Origin: Candidatus Magasanikiibacteriota bacterium
GTDB lineage: Bacteria; Patescibacteriota; Patescibacteriia; Magasanikbacterales; GWA2-37-8
DNA: 64,000 bases
Direction: 5' to 3'
Assembly: GCA_041666265.1 (NCBI GenBank)
Contig: JBAYHH010000003.1
Location: forward strand, 2,020 to 66,019
The notes under the pieces were generated by a model. The model was not told the origin of the DNA and made no database searches. It saw nothing but the letters and a program-made list of their open reading frames with translations. This document shows positions 7,320-16,278 of the stretch, piece by piece; within the stretch, counting starts at the first letter, position 1; every line of letters starts with the position of its first letter. A program made the position numbers and the translations under genes.

Positions 7320-8507
7320 ATGTCAAATGTATTTTTTAGTCGTAAGATTTACGGCCAAATCAAAGAGCATGTATTAGCGAAACAAATAACAGTTTTGACC
7401 GGTATGCGTCGCGTCGGCAAGACTACCATGGTAAAACAATTGCTTTCCGAGATAGTTTCCAAGAATAAAATTTATTTGGATTTGCAACAAATAAACAATC
7501 GTGAATTGTTTTCCGAAAAGAATTTTGATAATATTATCACTCGCTTGAGCCAGCTTGGTTTAAGTCTGGATGAAAAAATGTTTATCGCGATTGACGAAAT
7601 TCAGCTTTTTCCCGAAATCAGCGGTGTTTTGAAGTATCTCTATGACAGTTACGATATTAAATTTATTGTTACCGGTTCCAGCTCGTATTATTTAAAGGAT
7701 TTGTTCAGTGAATCATTGGCCGGTCGCAAGCGCGTATTCGAATTGTTCCCTTTGGATTTCGGGGAATATTTGACTTTCAAAAATATTGTTTGGGCGAACG
7801 CGGACTTTTTGGGCAAACAATTTGATGTCTATGAGTTTGAGCGGTTGCGTATTTTTTATGAAGATTATGTGGAGTATGGCGGTTTTCCAGAGGTGGTATT
7901 GGCCACGAAGTCTGAAGATAAGAAATCTATTCTCAATGACATTATTAGCTCGTATGTTAATATTGATATTAAAACATTGTCTGACTTTCGTGAAAGTAGC
8001 AATGTTTATAATCTTATTAAAATGCTGGCGGCGCGTGTGGGTACTCGGTTGGATTATGCCAAGCTATCTCGGCACAGCGGGATCGCTCGTACCACCGTTA
8101 GTAATTATGTGTCCTTATTTGAAAAAACTTATTTGATTTCTTTGGTGCCGGTGCACACCAATGATACCGATCGAGAAATCGTCAAGGCCAAAAAAGTCTA
8201 TTTTGCCGACAATGGTTTGGTGAATATTTTAGCCGATGTGGATAGTGGTTCAAAGTTTGAAAATGCTGTGTATAATCAGTTGCGACACAAAGGCGAGGTG
8301 CGGTATTTTGCGTTAAAAAATGGCCGAGAAATCGATTTTATTTTTGATGAAAAAATCGCCATGGAAGCGAAGGAGACGCCGACCGAATCAGACGCAATCG
8401 CTTTGGAAGGCTTGACCCAGTTAACCAAGGTAAAAAAATGTCGGCTGATTGGCCGTCATCATTCGCCCCGATATTCAGATTATATTTGGGCCGGGGATAT
8501 TAAATAA
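7320..8507 (+). CDS. AAA+ ATPase with C-terminal wHTH and PD-(D/E)xK-like domain (AAA_14/DUF4143 type)
   Basis: Walker A GMRRVGKT, Walker B IAIDEIQ, TGSSS, SLAGR, YGGFPE, YFADNG, EIDF..EAK. Confidence 0.88.
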   Translation: MSNVFFSRKIYGQIKEHVLAKQITVLTGMRRVGKTTMVKQLLSEIVSKNKIYLDLQQINNRELFSEKNFDNIITRLSQLGLSLDEKMFIAIDEIQLFPEISGVLKYLYDSYDIKFIVTGSSSYYLKDLFSESLAGRKRVFELFPLDFGEYLTFKNIVWANADFLGKQFDVYEFERLRIFYEDYVEYGGFPEVVLATKSEDKKSILNDIISSYVNIDIKTLSDFRESSNVYNLIKMLAARVGTRLDYAKLSRHSGIARTTVSNYVSLFEKTYLISLVPVHTNDTDREIVKAKKVYFADNGLVNILADVDSGSKFENAVYNQLRHKGEVRYFALKNGREIDFIFDEKIAMEAKETPTESDAIALEGLTQLTKVKKCRLIGRHHSPRYSDYIWAGDIK

Positions 8508-8516
8508 TCAATTTCT

Positions 8517-8597
8517 ATGGCTTACGCCAAAAAATATTTCAGGATCACTAAAGATTTGCTTGTATGGATAAACAATTATACAGCGCCGCGCAAGTAA
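8517..8597 (+). pseudogene. C-terminal remnant of a HEPN-domain gene
   Basis: Reads MAYAKKYFRITKDLLVWINNYTAPRK*, resembling the terminal helix of HEPN proteins; overlaps the MNT start as in HEPN-MNT operons. Confidence 0.45.
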
Positions 8598-8899
8598 AGC
8601 GTTGCGCTCAAAATTTTGTGCGTTATTTACACACGGAATGTCGTTTACCGGTACGGCAAGCGTTTTTATTTGGTTCTTATGCTCAAGGGCGACCGCGTTT
8701 GTGGAGTGATGTGGATATATGTGTGGTCTCTCCTAAATTTAAAAACAGCGCGAGTGCTTTGGAGTATCTTAATGTGCGTCGGCGTCGTTCCGATATTTTA
8801 CATGGCATCGAGCCGCATGGGTTCACTGTCCGTGATTTCGCGGACAATAGCAACCCGCTGGTGGCCGAGATCAAGAAAAACGGCATCCGCATTGTTTAG
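8564..8899 (+). CDS. minimal nucleotidyltransferase (MNT)
   Basis: FLFGSYAQG...SDVDICVVS motif. Confidence 0.88.
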   Translation: MDKQLYSAAQVKRCAQNFVRYLHTECRLPVRQAFLFGSYAQGRPRLWSDVDICVVSPKFKNSASALEYLNVRRRRSDILHGIEPHGFTVRDFADNSNPLVAEIKKNGIRIV

Positions 8900-8959
8900 T
8901 TGTTTTGCGCCATAAAATCACCCCCCCCGCATTACTTACTTGGATAATCTCGAATAAAT

Positions 8960-9004
8960 AAATCGAAACCATACCCGCCCTTCGCTTGAGGGGCGGGTTT
9001 TGGT
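8960..9004 (+). terminator. terminator, repeat copy 2
   Basis: 45 bp identical to 7158-7202; the ~35 bp upstream are also similar. Confidence 0.85.
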
Positions 9005-9057
9005 TATGTGGTTTCGCAATTTGCGTAATTTAACAAAATCAGGTATAATAATTACAT

Positions 9058-9357
9058 ATGAGTCCCAATATACAAGAAATTAAAAAAATTGCCTCGCCTT
9101 TTTTTAGAAGCCATGGCGTTAAGCGGGCGGCGGTGTTTGGTTCGGTGGCTCGCGGTGAAGCTACGAGAAATAGCGATATCGATATAGTCGTCGAATTCAG
9201 GGGTAAAAAAAGCCTGCTTGATTTAGTGGCGCTGGAGTTGGATTTGGGAGAGCAGTATAGCCGGAAAGTGGATGTTGTAACCTATAATTCACTTCACCCT
9301 TTATTGCGCGATCGTATTCTCAAAGACCAACATATTATCTATGGGCAAGGATCCTAA
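9058..9357 (+). CDS. MntA-type minimal nucleotidyltransferase antitoxin
   Basis: VFGSVARGE...SDIDIVVEF...KVDVV; promoter TTGCGT-17-TATAAT at 9021-9049. Confidence 0.9.
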   Translation: MSPNIQEIKKIASPFFRSHGVKRAAVFGSVARGEATRNSDIDIVVEFRGKKSLLDLVALELDLGEQYSRKVDVVTYNSLHPLLRDRILKDQHIIYGQGS

Positions 9358-9688
9358 AATTTTTCTGGCGCATATCTTAGAAAGCATCGATCTGATTGAA
9401 GGGTACACCAAAGGAAAAAAGGAAACGGATTTTGTCCGTTCGGTTGATTTGCAGGATAAAGTAATTCGTCGTTTGGAAATTGTGGGCGAAGCTGTTCGTC
9501 ATCTTCCGGAAACTTTGCGCCAGAATTATCCGGAGACGCCTTGGCGGCAGATTGCCGGTACGCGCGATAAATTTATTCACGAATACTTTGGCGTGGATAT
9601 GGCTTTGACATGGGAGATCGTAAAGCGTGACTTGCCTAAATTAAAAAAGCAGATTTTAAAAATTGAAGAAGATTTGAGTAAAAATTAG
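9341..9688 (+). CDS. HepT-like HEPN RNase toxin (DUF86)
   Basis: RX4H motif RDKFIHEYFGVD; overlaps the MNT gene. Confidence 0.9.
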   Translation: MGKDPKIFLAHILESIDLIEGYTKGKKETDFVRSVDLQDKVIRRLEIVGEAVRHLPETLRQNYPETPWRQIAGTRDKFIHEYFGVDMALTWEIVKRDLPKLKKQILKIEEDLSKN

Positions 9689-9709
9689 GCAAAAAAGTTT
9701 GATAAAACC

Positions 9710-9764
9710 AATCGAAACCATACCCGCCCTCGCCAGGGGGCGGGTTTTGGTACTTATCCACAGG
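9710..9764 (+). terminator. terminator, repeat copy 3, with DnaA box
   Basis: AATCGAAACCATACCCGCCCTC-GCCA-GGGGGCGGGTTTTGGTACTTATCCACAGG. Confidence 0.85.
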
Positions 9765-9894
9765 TGTTTTGGCTAACTGGTGCGGTTTTTCATCATGCGT
9801 AAGTCATTTTGATTGCCAAACTCACGGAATTTATACTAAATTTCGGGACTTAAGTCACGATATTCAGTGAAATTTCGGGAGTTGTTTTCTGTGG

Positions 9895-9923
9895 TTGATA
9901 CGATAACGCAAGTGTAGTATAAT
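9895..9923 (+). promoter_or_regulatory. promoter of mtnP-apt
   Basis: TTGATA-17-TATAAT. Confidence 0.65.
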
Positions 9924-9959
9924 CAAAATACGATTTAGATAAATAGTAATCATTTTTTT

Positions 9960-10730
9960 ATGCTCAAAATCGGCATTATCGGCGGATCCGGTCTCGACGA
10001 TCCGAAAATTTTAGAAAATTCGCGCGATTGGGAAGTGAAAACACCCTATGGCGCGACCTCGTCACTTTTGAAATTAGGCGAGATCGCTGGGGTCGAAGTG
10101 GCTTTGATCGCTCGCCATGGACGCGAGCACACCGTCCCGCCCACGCAGGTCAATTACCGCGCCAACATTTGGGCGCTCAAAGATTGGGGAGCGACGCATA
10201 TCCTCGCGACTACCGCCGTGGGGTCACTGCGCGCAGAGATCGGGCGCGGACACTTGGTGGTGCTGGATCAGTTTATAGATTTTACTCGTCATCGTTTTTC
10301 TTCGTTTTACGAGTCGTTTGAGGCGGGAAAAAACGGCCACACGCCGATGGCTGATCCGTTTGATGAGAAATTGCGTGATTTGTTTATCGCCGGGTGCCGT
10401 GATTTGAGTTTGACCCATCATCCGCGCGGGACAGTGGTGACGATCGAGGGGCCGCGGTTTTCCACGCGCGCCGAGAGTCACATGTTTCGCGCCTGGGGAG
10501 CCGATGTGATCAATATGAGCATCGCGCCCGAGGCCGCGCTCGCGCGCGAGCTCGGTTTGCCCTATGGCGCGGTCGCGATGTCCACGGATTATGATTGTTG
10601 GAAAGCCGACGAGGAGCCGGTAACCCACGAGGCTGTGCTCAAAGTCTTCGCGCAAAACGCGCACAATGTCACCAATTTATTGGTCGAGGTGATCAAGAAG
10701 ATAAAAGCTGTTTATCAACTGTCATCCTGA
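9960..10730 (+). CDS. mtnP: S-methyl-5'-thioadenosine phosphorylase
   Basis: IGIIGGSG, ARHG..H..PP..VNYRAN, EGPRFSTRAES, TDYDCW. Confidence 0.93.
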   Translation: MLKIGIIGGSGLDDPKILENSRDWEVKTPYGATSSLLKLGEIAGVEVALIARHGREHTVPPTQVNYRANIWALKDWGATHILATTAVGSLRAEIGRGHLVVLDQFIDFTRHRFSSFYESFEAGKNGHTPMADPFDEKLRDLFIAGCRDLSLTHHPRGTVVTIEGPRFSTRAESHMFRAWGADVINMSIAPEAALARELGLPYGAVAMSTDYDCWKADEEPVTHEAVLKVFAQNAHNVTNLLVEVIKKIKAVYQLSS

Positions 10731-10771
10731 GCGAAGCGAAGGATCTCCATCGGTCATTACATATATTTTTT

Positions 10772-11305
10772 ATGCCTGAAATTTTAAAACAAAAAATTCG
10801 CACGGTGCCGGATTGGCCCAAAAAGGGGATTATGTTTCGCGACATCACGACCTTGCTTGGCGACGCAGTTGGATTTAAGCGAATGTTGGATTTGCTTCAC
10901 GCGCATTACCGAGATTTTAAAATTGACAAAATTTGCGGGATCGAAGCGCGCGGGTTTATTGTGGGCGCGCCTTTGGCCGATCGGCTCGGCGTCGGTTTTG
11001 TGCCGATTCGCAAAAAAGGCAAATTACCGGCCGAGACGATCAGTGAAGAATACGCGCTCGAATACGGCACGGATAAGATCGAAATGCATTTGGATGCGCT
11101 CTTGCCCGGTGAAAAAGTTTTGCTCGTTGATGATCTCATTGCCACCGGCGGTACGGCCCTCGCCGGCTGTAATCTGATCAAAAAAGCGGGTGGGGAAGTG
11201 GTGGAGTGTTGTTTTGTGGTGGATTTGCCTGATCTCGGAGGAAAGAAAAAACTCGAGTCCTCCGGCTTTAAATCTTTTGCGCTCATGGAATTTGCGGGTG
11301 ATTAG
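10772..11305 (+). CDS. apt: adenine phosphoribosyltransferase
   Basis: PDWPKKGIMFRDITTLL, EARGF, EYALEYGTD, VDDLIATGGT; start moved from 10595 to 10772. Confidence 0.95.
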   Translation: MPEILKQKIRTVPDWPKKGIMFRDITTLLGDAVGFKRMLDLLHAHYRDFKIDKICGIEARGFIVGAPLADRLGVGFVPIRKKGKLPAETISEEYALEYGTDKIEMHLDALLPGEKVLLVDDLIATGGTALAGCNLIKKAGGEVVECCFVVDLPDLGGKKKLESSGFKSFALMEFAGD

Positions 11306-11309
11306 TAAT

Positions 11310-11591
11310 TGTCATTCCCGCGAAAGCCTGCCTGTCCGGTAGGTAGGCGGGAATCTACGCTGTCATTCTGACCTGCCTGCCGGCAGGCAGGGCGAAACGA
11401 AGAATCTATTCGCTCGGCAAAAAAAGTTATCCACAGGCCAAAATTCCAAAAGTGTGCTATACTATTTGCGGGGAGGGAAAACAATCCGCCAGCGTGCGGA
11501 TTGTTTTTATAAAAGGGTATCACTGTCATCCCGACCCATCGCATTGTCATCCTGACTCTCAACGCTGTCATCCTGAGCGAAGCGAAGGATC
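11310..11591. repeat. cluster of REP-like palindromes, some with nested CCTGCC..GGCAGG inserts
   Basis: TGTCATTCCCGCGAAAG[..]CGGGAATCT, TGTCATTCTGA[..]GCGAAACGAAGAATCT, truncated TGTCATCC copies and TGTCATCCTGAGCGAAGCGAAGGATCT. Confidence 0.85.
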
Positions 11592-11631
11592 TCCAAGTCA
11601 AATATTCATATTCACTTTTAATTAAAATAAT

Positions 11632-12153
11632 ATGATCGGCCAAACGCGTTCGTCGGTAATTATCCTCGCGATAATTATTTTTGTTTTAGGATTGGTTTTG
11701 ATCGTTGGCGGGTATGGTTGGTTTTTAAAAAAACAAGCACGCGTTTTGGTGGGCACGGCCCGGCCGACATTTCCCTATAGTGATTACAGTCAAGCCGATT
11801 TGAATCGGCTTTATCCGCAAGAAATTGATTATTCCGGCGTGCCCGACAAGCAAACACCCGAGCAGACCCATGCGTTATTTTTGTCCGCTTTGAAAAAAGG
11901 AGATTTTGACGCGGCGGTGAATTGTTGTTTTCGAGCGGGGGATAGAGAGAAGACAAAAGAGTTTTTGAATGGCGTCAAACAAAAAGGGATGTTGAATTTG
12001 ATGATTAGTGATATTACAAATATTGATCCCGACTTTCGATCAGAGAATAAAGCGACTTATGTTTACGATGGTACATGGAATGGGAAAAAGATCGCGAATT
12101 TTATGCAATTTATGAAATCTCTGGATGGTATTTGGTATATTGAAAAATTGTAA
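11632..12153 (+). CDS. membrane-anchored hypothetical protein (possible NTF2-like C-terminal domain)
   Basis: N-terminal TM helix; TPEQT..FLSALKKGD..AA...DGIWYIEKL pattern. Confidence 0.7.
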   Translation: MIGQTRSSVIILAIIIFVLGLVLIVGGYGWFLKKQARVLVGTARPTFPYSDYSQADLNRLYPQEIDYSGVPDKQTPEQTHALFLSALKKGDFDAAVNCCFRAGDREKTKEFLNGVKQKGMLNLMISDITNIDPDFRSENKATYVYDGTWNGKKIANFMQFMKSLDGIWYIEKL

Positions 12154-12171
12154 TTTGATTCAATTCTTTGT

Positions 12172-15100
12172 ATGCGCAGGAGGATATTTTTGTTAGTGGT
12201 ATGCTCGCTCGGCTTTTTGTTTCCCGGGCGGGCTTTTTGTTATGACACCAATGTCGCTCATCCCAATATTGTGGGGTTGGCGGCCGAAGCGTATAACACC
12301 GCTTTTCCAGACAAACAATTGAGTACCGACGATATTGCTCAAATCAAACAAGGGGCGATCGACGAAGATGTGCCAACCCGCTGGCTCAATCATTTTTATG
12401 ACCCGATCCATAATCACGGTGTTTGGTTTTTGGGAAATTTTTCAACTGCGGTGGACTGGGCGCAAGACCCCAATAGCCAAACGAATTTTTCTTTGGGCGA
12501 CGAAAGTTGGCAAAGAGCGCTTAAATATATGGCCGATGGTGATCGCGCCTCGGCGATGCGCGCTTTGGGTCACGCTGTGCATTTATTATCTGATATGAGC
12601 GTGCCGGCGCATACGCGTAATGATATTCACCCGGCTGGCGATTCATTGGAGCAATATGTGAAAAATAATTGGAGCAAGATTTCGTTTAATCCGAAATATT
12701 CATTTCAAACAGTGAAAAGTTTGAATGACGCGTTTTATAATTTGGCTAAATTTTCCAATGGAAATTTTTATAGTGATGATACAATTGAGAGTGATAGATA
12801 CAAGATAGTTAGCATTCGTGGATATGATGCCAAGGTAATTGATAAGCATGAATATTTGTTAGCAAAAGATAGGGACGGCAATATATTATTTGCTACTGAT
12901 GGTTCCGATTGGAAGGTGAGTAATAAAACTGTGAATTTAAGTAATATCCTCTCCTCCTACTCCTCCCGCCTCATCCCGGCCGCAGTATCCAATAGCGCCG
13001 GTCTAATTGATTTATTTTTTCGTGAAGTAGCCAAAAATGAAAAACAAAAAGTGCCGATTTTCAAAATCACTGTCACCGGTATTTGGGATAGTATCAAAGG
13101 ATCGATTGTCACCGGAGCCGAATATTTAAGCAATCTTTTGGGTGTGGGCGATGGGCCGAGTTTGACCACTCCACTATTGCGTCAATTAGACATAAAAATG
13201 ACCGAATTGGGTGAGGCCGCCCAAAACGACGGGGTTTTCAGCGACCCCAATGATGCGGCGGATACGGTGATAGAGCCTGTTGCCGGTGAAAATTTGGGCT
13301 CACAGATACCACCTACGCCTCCGCCACCGGCGAGCGGGTCGAGAAATCAGCCCCCAATAACCAACCCAACGACAAACCCGACGATTGGTGGTGGATCAAA
13401 TGACGGCACTGGCACCGGCGGTGGCTCGTCATCGGGCGGTGGCTCGTCTTCCGGCGATCCGACTATCACTCCGACCTCTACCATAGAAACACCGACCCCG
13501 ACCACCACACCCACTTCGACACCCTCTGATCCGGATCCGACTCCTACCACCACGCCTTCATCCACACCGATCATCGCGCCATCCGCACCCACATTGTCCG
13601 CGATATTTTCCGATACGATTTACACCACTTCGTCCGACGCGATTATTTCCGGCTCTTGTTCCACTACCACTGTCCAAATTTTTTATTATTTTTCCTCATC
13701 CACAATTGCGTCACCGCCGTCCATCGAAACCGGCACGATTTTTCCATCTATCGATAGTTGGTCAGTCTCGACCACTCTGATCGCCGGTCACAATTATTTT
13801 TATTTTGTCGCCATTGACTCGGCCGGCATCACTTCGACGCTTTCGGCGCCGGCGCATTTTATATTTGACACCGTCGCTCCGCCGATTCCGATCATCACTG
13901 TGACCAATAATTCCGATATTTCCTCCGCCAGTTTGCGTGTGGCGCTAAGCAGTATCGATGCGCTTTCACCGCCCACTTTTTTTGATTTATCCGTCGCCCC
14001 CTCGTCGACTACCGGTACCGTATGGCAGGAAATTTTTTCCAATTCCACCACCGTCGAATACGATTTTTCCGGCGCGCGTGGTCAAAGCTATTTTTTTCGC
14101 GCCCGCGCTCGCGACTATCTCGGCAATACTTCGGACTGGAGCGATGCGGTCGCGTCGAGCACGCTGTCATATATCGATTGGAGCAAACAAATCGTCATCA
14201 ACGAGATCGCCTGGGCCGGCACCAGTAATCTGACCGCGAGTGATGAGTGGATCGAATTATACAATAATTCCGATAGCGACATATTTTTTGCCAGTACCAG
14301 TAGCGGCCAAAGTTATGTGCTCAAAGTAAATAATACCGCGCTTTCGTGGAGAACAATCGCCAACGCGACCATTCCGGCGCGCGGATATTATTTGCTCGAG
14401 CGCACCGGTGATACCACCGTCGCCAATGTTAGCGCCGATGTCGTGTTTACTTTGGGTAGCGGTATTTCCAATACCGCCGCCAAAGTCGAGTTGTTTAGTC
14501 CGACCGGAGAAAAAATTGATGAGGTGGATTGTTCGGCCGGTTGGTTTGCCGGCGGCGGGACCAATTACCGGTCGATGGAACGCCTCAATGTTTTGGCGCG
14601 CGGGAGCGAGGCGAGTAATTGGCGGACCAATATCGGTCCGCGCTCGGGTCCGCAAACTTCGCGCGGCGGCACTCTGTATGGCTCGCCCAAGACATCGAAT
14701 TTCGGCAACGCGATCATCATGGAAGGCGCGCAAGAAAGCGCGACAGCGACATTGCATAGTTACGACAATCCGTTATTTTTATGGTATTACACGGTGCCGG
14801 TCGGCAAGACGCTCAATATTGAAGCCGGGACAGTGATCAAAAGTTATGCCAACGATGTGAAATTTACGATCAATGGAAATTTAAATATTAATGGCACGCC
14901 CGAAGCGCCGGTGATCTTGACTTCCGGCCGCGATCAGTCTTTTGCCGATGCGAAATTAAATACTACCGTCGGCACATTGCCGGCCGGCGATCCCGCCCCG
15001 GGTGATTGGCAGGGGATACAATTGTTCGCGGGCGCGCAGGCGACGGTGGAAAATTTGGATTTGCGCTATGCGGGTCATGCTTTTCGACCGCCGGGCGCGG

Positions 15101-16062
15101 GCATGTGGACACCCAATGTGAGTCAGGCTCTTCGTGCAGACAACGCGCACTTGACCGTGGCTAATTCAAAATTTAATAATAATTTAGGGACTGCGATTTA
15201 TACCAAAAATACCACCACCACTGTGCGTGATTCGGTTTTTGCGAGTGGGGATAGAGGCATCGAGACTTTCGGCAACCCCTTGAATATTTCCAATTGCAGT
15301 TTTTCCGGATTTACCAATGCGCAGGGTGCTGCCTATATTGCCGATAAATTGCCGACCGTGTCGGGTCTGTCGTTTTCCGACAATACCGTCGATCGATTGT
15401 ATATGGATTTTGTCGTTATTTCCGAACCGACAGTTTTATTTGCCAAAGAATTGGCGCAATCAGTGATCGTATCCAATATTTCGGTGCCGGTATCCACGAC
15501 CCTCACGATCGAGCCGGGCGCGAACATCAAAATGATCAGTTCGGGCAATTTCGATGTTTCGGGATCGCTCCAGGCCGTCGGCACGGCCGAGAGTCCGATC
15601 ATCATCGAGCCGTTCGCTGATGGCAACCGGTGGGGGCAAATTTTATTTCATAATTCCACCTCTTCGCTCGCGTATGTTGATTTGAAAAAAGGAAATTACA
15701 AATCGCCATCGTGGCCCGCTGACAATGGCGTGATTTGGGCGGAAAATTCTGATTTGGAAATGCGTCGTGTGCGAATCTTGGATACTGACCGGCCGTATTA
15801 TTCAGTGCAAGGAGTAAATTCGCGCCTCTCACTGACGGATTGCGAAATAAGTGATGCGACCAAATATGTCAATAGCTCAAACTATGCCTATGGCGTGCGG
15901 GCGCGGGGTGGCAGTTTGGCTTTGGATAATACCAATTTTTCCAATATTTATGGCGGGGTATATGGTACCGACAGTGTGGTTTTGACATTGTCCAATATGT
16001 CGCCGTTTAATTTCAACAATATTGATGTGATTTGGTCGCCGGTGGATTTGGGAGCGATTTAG
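12172..16062 (+). CDS. secreted multidomain protein: Zn-phospholipase C/S1-P1 nuclease-like domain, Pro/Thr linker, Ig/FN3-like, lamin-tail domain, beta-helix
   Basis: Signal peptide; AH near the mature N-terminus, DED..RWLNHFYDP, LGHAVHLLSDMSVPAH; IVINEIAWAG..DEWIELYN; L.IE.G..I...G.L...GT...P.I repeats. Confidence 0.75.
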   Translation: MRRRIFLLVVCSLGFLFPGRAFCYDTNVAHPNIVGLAAEAYNTAFPDKQLSTDDIAQIKQGAIDEDVPTRWLNHFYDPIHNHGVWFLGNFSTAVDWAQDPNSQTNFSLGDESWQRALKYMADGDRASAMRALGHAVHLLSDMSVPAHTRNDIHPAGDSLEQYVKNNWSKISFNPKYSFQTVKSLNDAFYNLAKFSNGNFYSDDTIESDRYKIVSIRGYDAKVIDKHEYLLAKDRDGNILFATDGSDWKVSNKTVNLSNILSSYSSRLIPAAVSNSAGLIDLFFREVAKNEKQKVPIFKITVTGIWDSIKGSIVTGAEYLSNLLGVGDGPSLTTPLLRQLDIKMTELGEAAQNDGVFSDPNDAADTVIEPVAGENLGSQIPPTPPPPASGSRNQPPITNPTTNPTIGGGSNDGTGTGGGSSSGGGSSSGDPTITPTSTIETPTPTTTPTSTPSDPDPTPTTTPSSTPIIAPSAPTLSAIFSDTIYTTSSDAIISGSCSTTTVQIFYYFSSSTIASPPSIETGTIFPSIDSWSVSTTLIAGHNYFYFVAIDSAGITSTLSAPAHFIFDTVAPPIPIITVTNNSDISSASLRVALSSIDALSPPTFFDLSVAPSSTTGTVWQEIFSNSTTVEYDFSGARGQSYFFRARARDYLGNTSDWSDAVASSTLSYIDWSKQIVINEIAWAGTSNLTASDEWIELYNNSDSDIFFASTSSGQSYVLKVNNTALSWRTIANATIPARGYYLLERTGDTTVANVSADVVFTLGSGISNTAAKVELFSPTGEKIDEVDCSAGWFAGGGTNYRSMERLNVLARGSEASNWRTNIGPRSGPQTSRGGTLYGSPKTSNFGNAIIMEGAQESATATLHSYDNPLFLWYYTVPVGKTLNIEAGTVIKSYANDVKFTINGNLNINGTPEAPVILTSGRDQSFADAKLNTTVGTLPAGDPAPGDWQGIQLFAGAQATVENLDLRYAGHAFRPPGAGMWTPNVSQALRADNAHLTVANSKFNNNLGTAIYTKNTTTTVRDSVFASGDRGIETFGNPLNISNCSFSGFTNAQGAAYIADKLPTVSGLSFSDNTVDRLYMDFVVISEPTVLFAKELAQSVIVSNISVPVSTTLTIEPGANIKMISSGNFDVSGSLQAVGTAESPIIIEPFADGNRWGQILFHNSTSSLAYVDLKKGNYKSPSWPADNGVIWAENSDLEMRRVRILDTDRPYYSVQGVNSRLSLTDCEISDATKYVNSSNYAYGVRARGGSLALDNTNFSNIYGGVYGTDSVVLTLSNMSPFNFNNIDVIWSPVDLGAI

Positions 16063-16166
16063 ATTTGATTAACATGGGTAAATATTCGCCGTATCTTCGT
16101 TTGACACTATCGTCGTTTTTCGCTACAATATTGACGCTGGCATGGCCAGTCAAGTTTTGTTTTATT

Positions 16167-16257
16167 TGTCATTCTGAGCCTTGCCCACTGGCAGGCAGGC
16201 GAAGCGAAGAATCTCCATTCGTTTGTGTAGATCCTTCATTAACATTCAGGATGACAG
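16167..16257. repeat. inverted pair of REP-like elements
   Basis: TGTCATTCTGAGC[..]GAAGCGAAGAATCT ... AGATCCTTC..TTCAGGATGACA. Confidence 0.8.
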
Positions 16258-16278
16258 TGTTTAAACTTTGTAATTTCT

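Noticed and set aside
10595-10771. N-terminal extension of apt
   Set aside because: Overlaps mtnP and a REP; Apt similarity begins at ATG 10772.
11302-11643. 113-aa minus-strand ORF
   Set aside because: Made of translated REP sequence (RSFASLRMT, PACRQAG).
13300-13600. Pro/Thr/Gly low-complexity DNA as a repeat element
   Set aside because: Explained by an in-frame protein linker.
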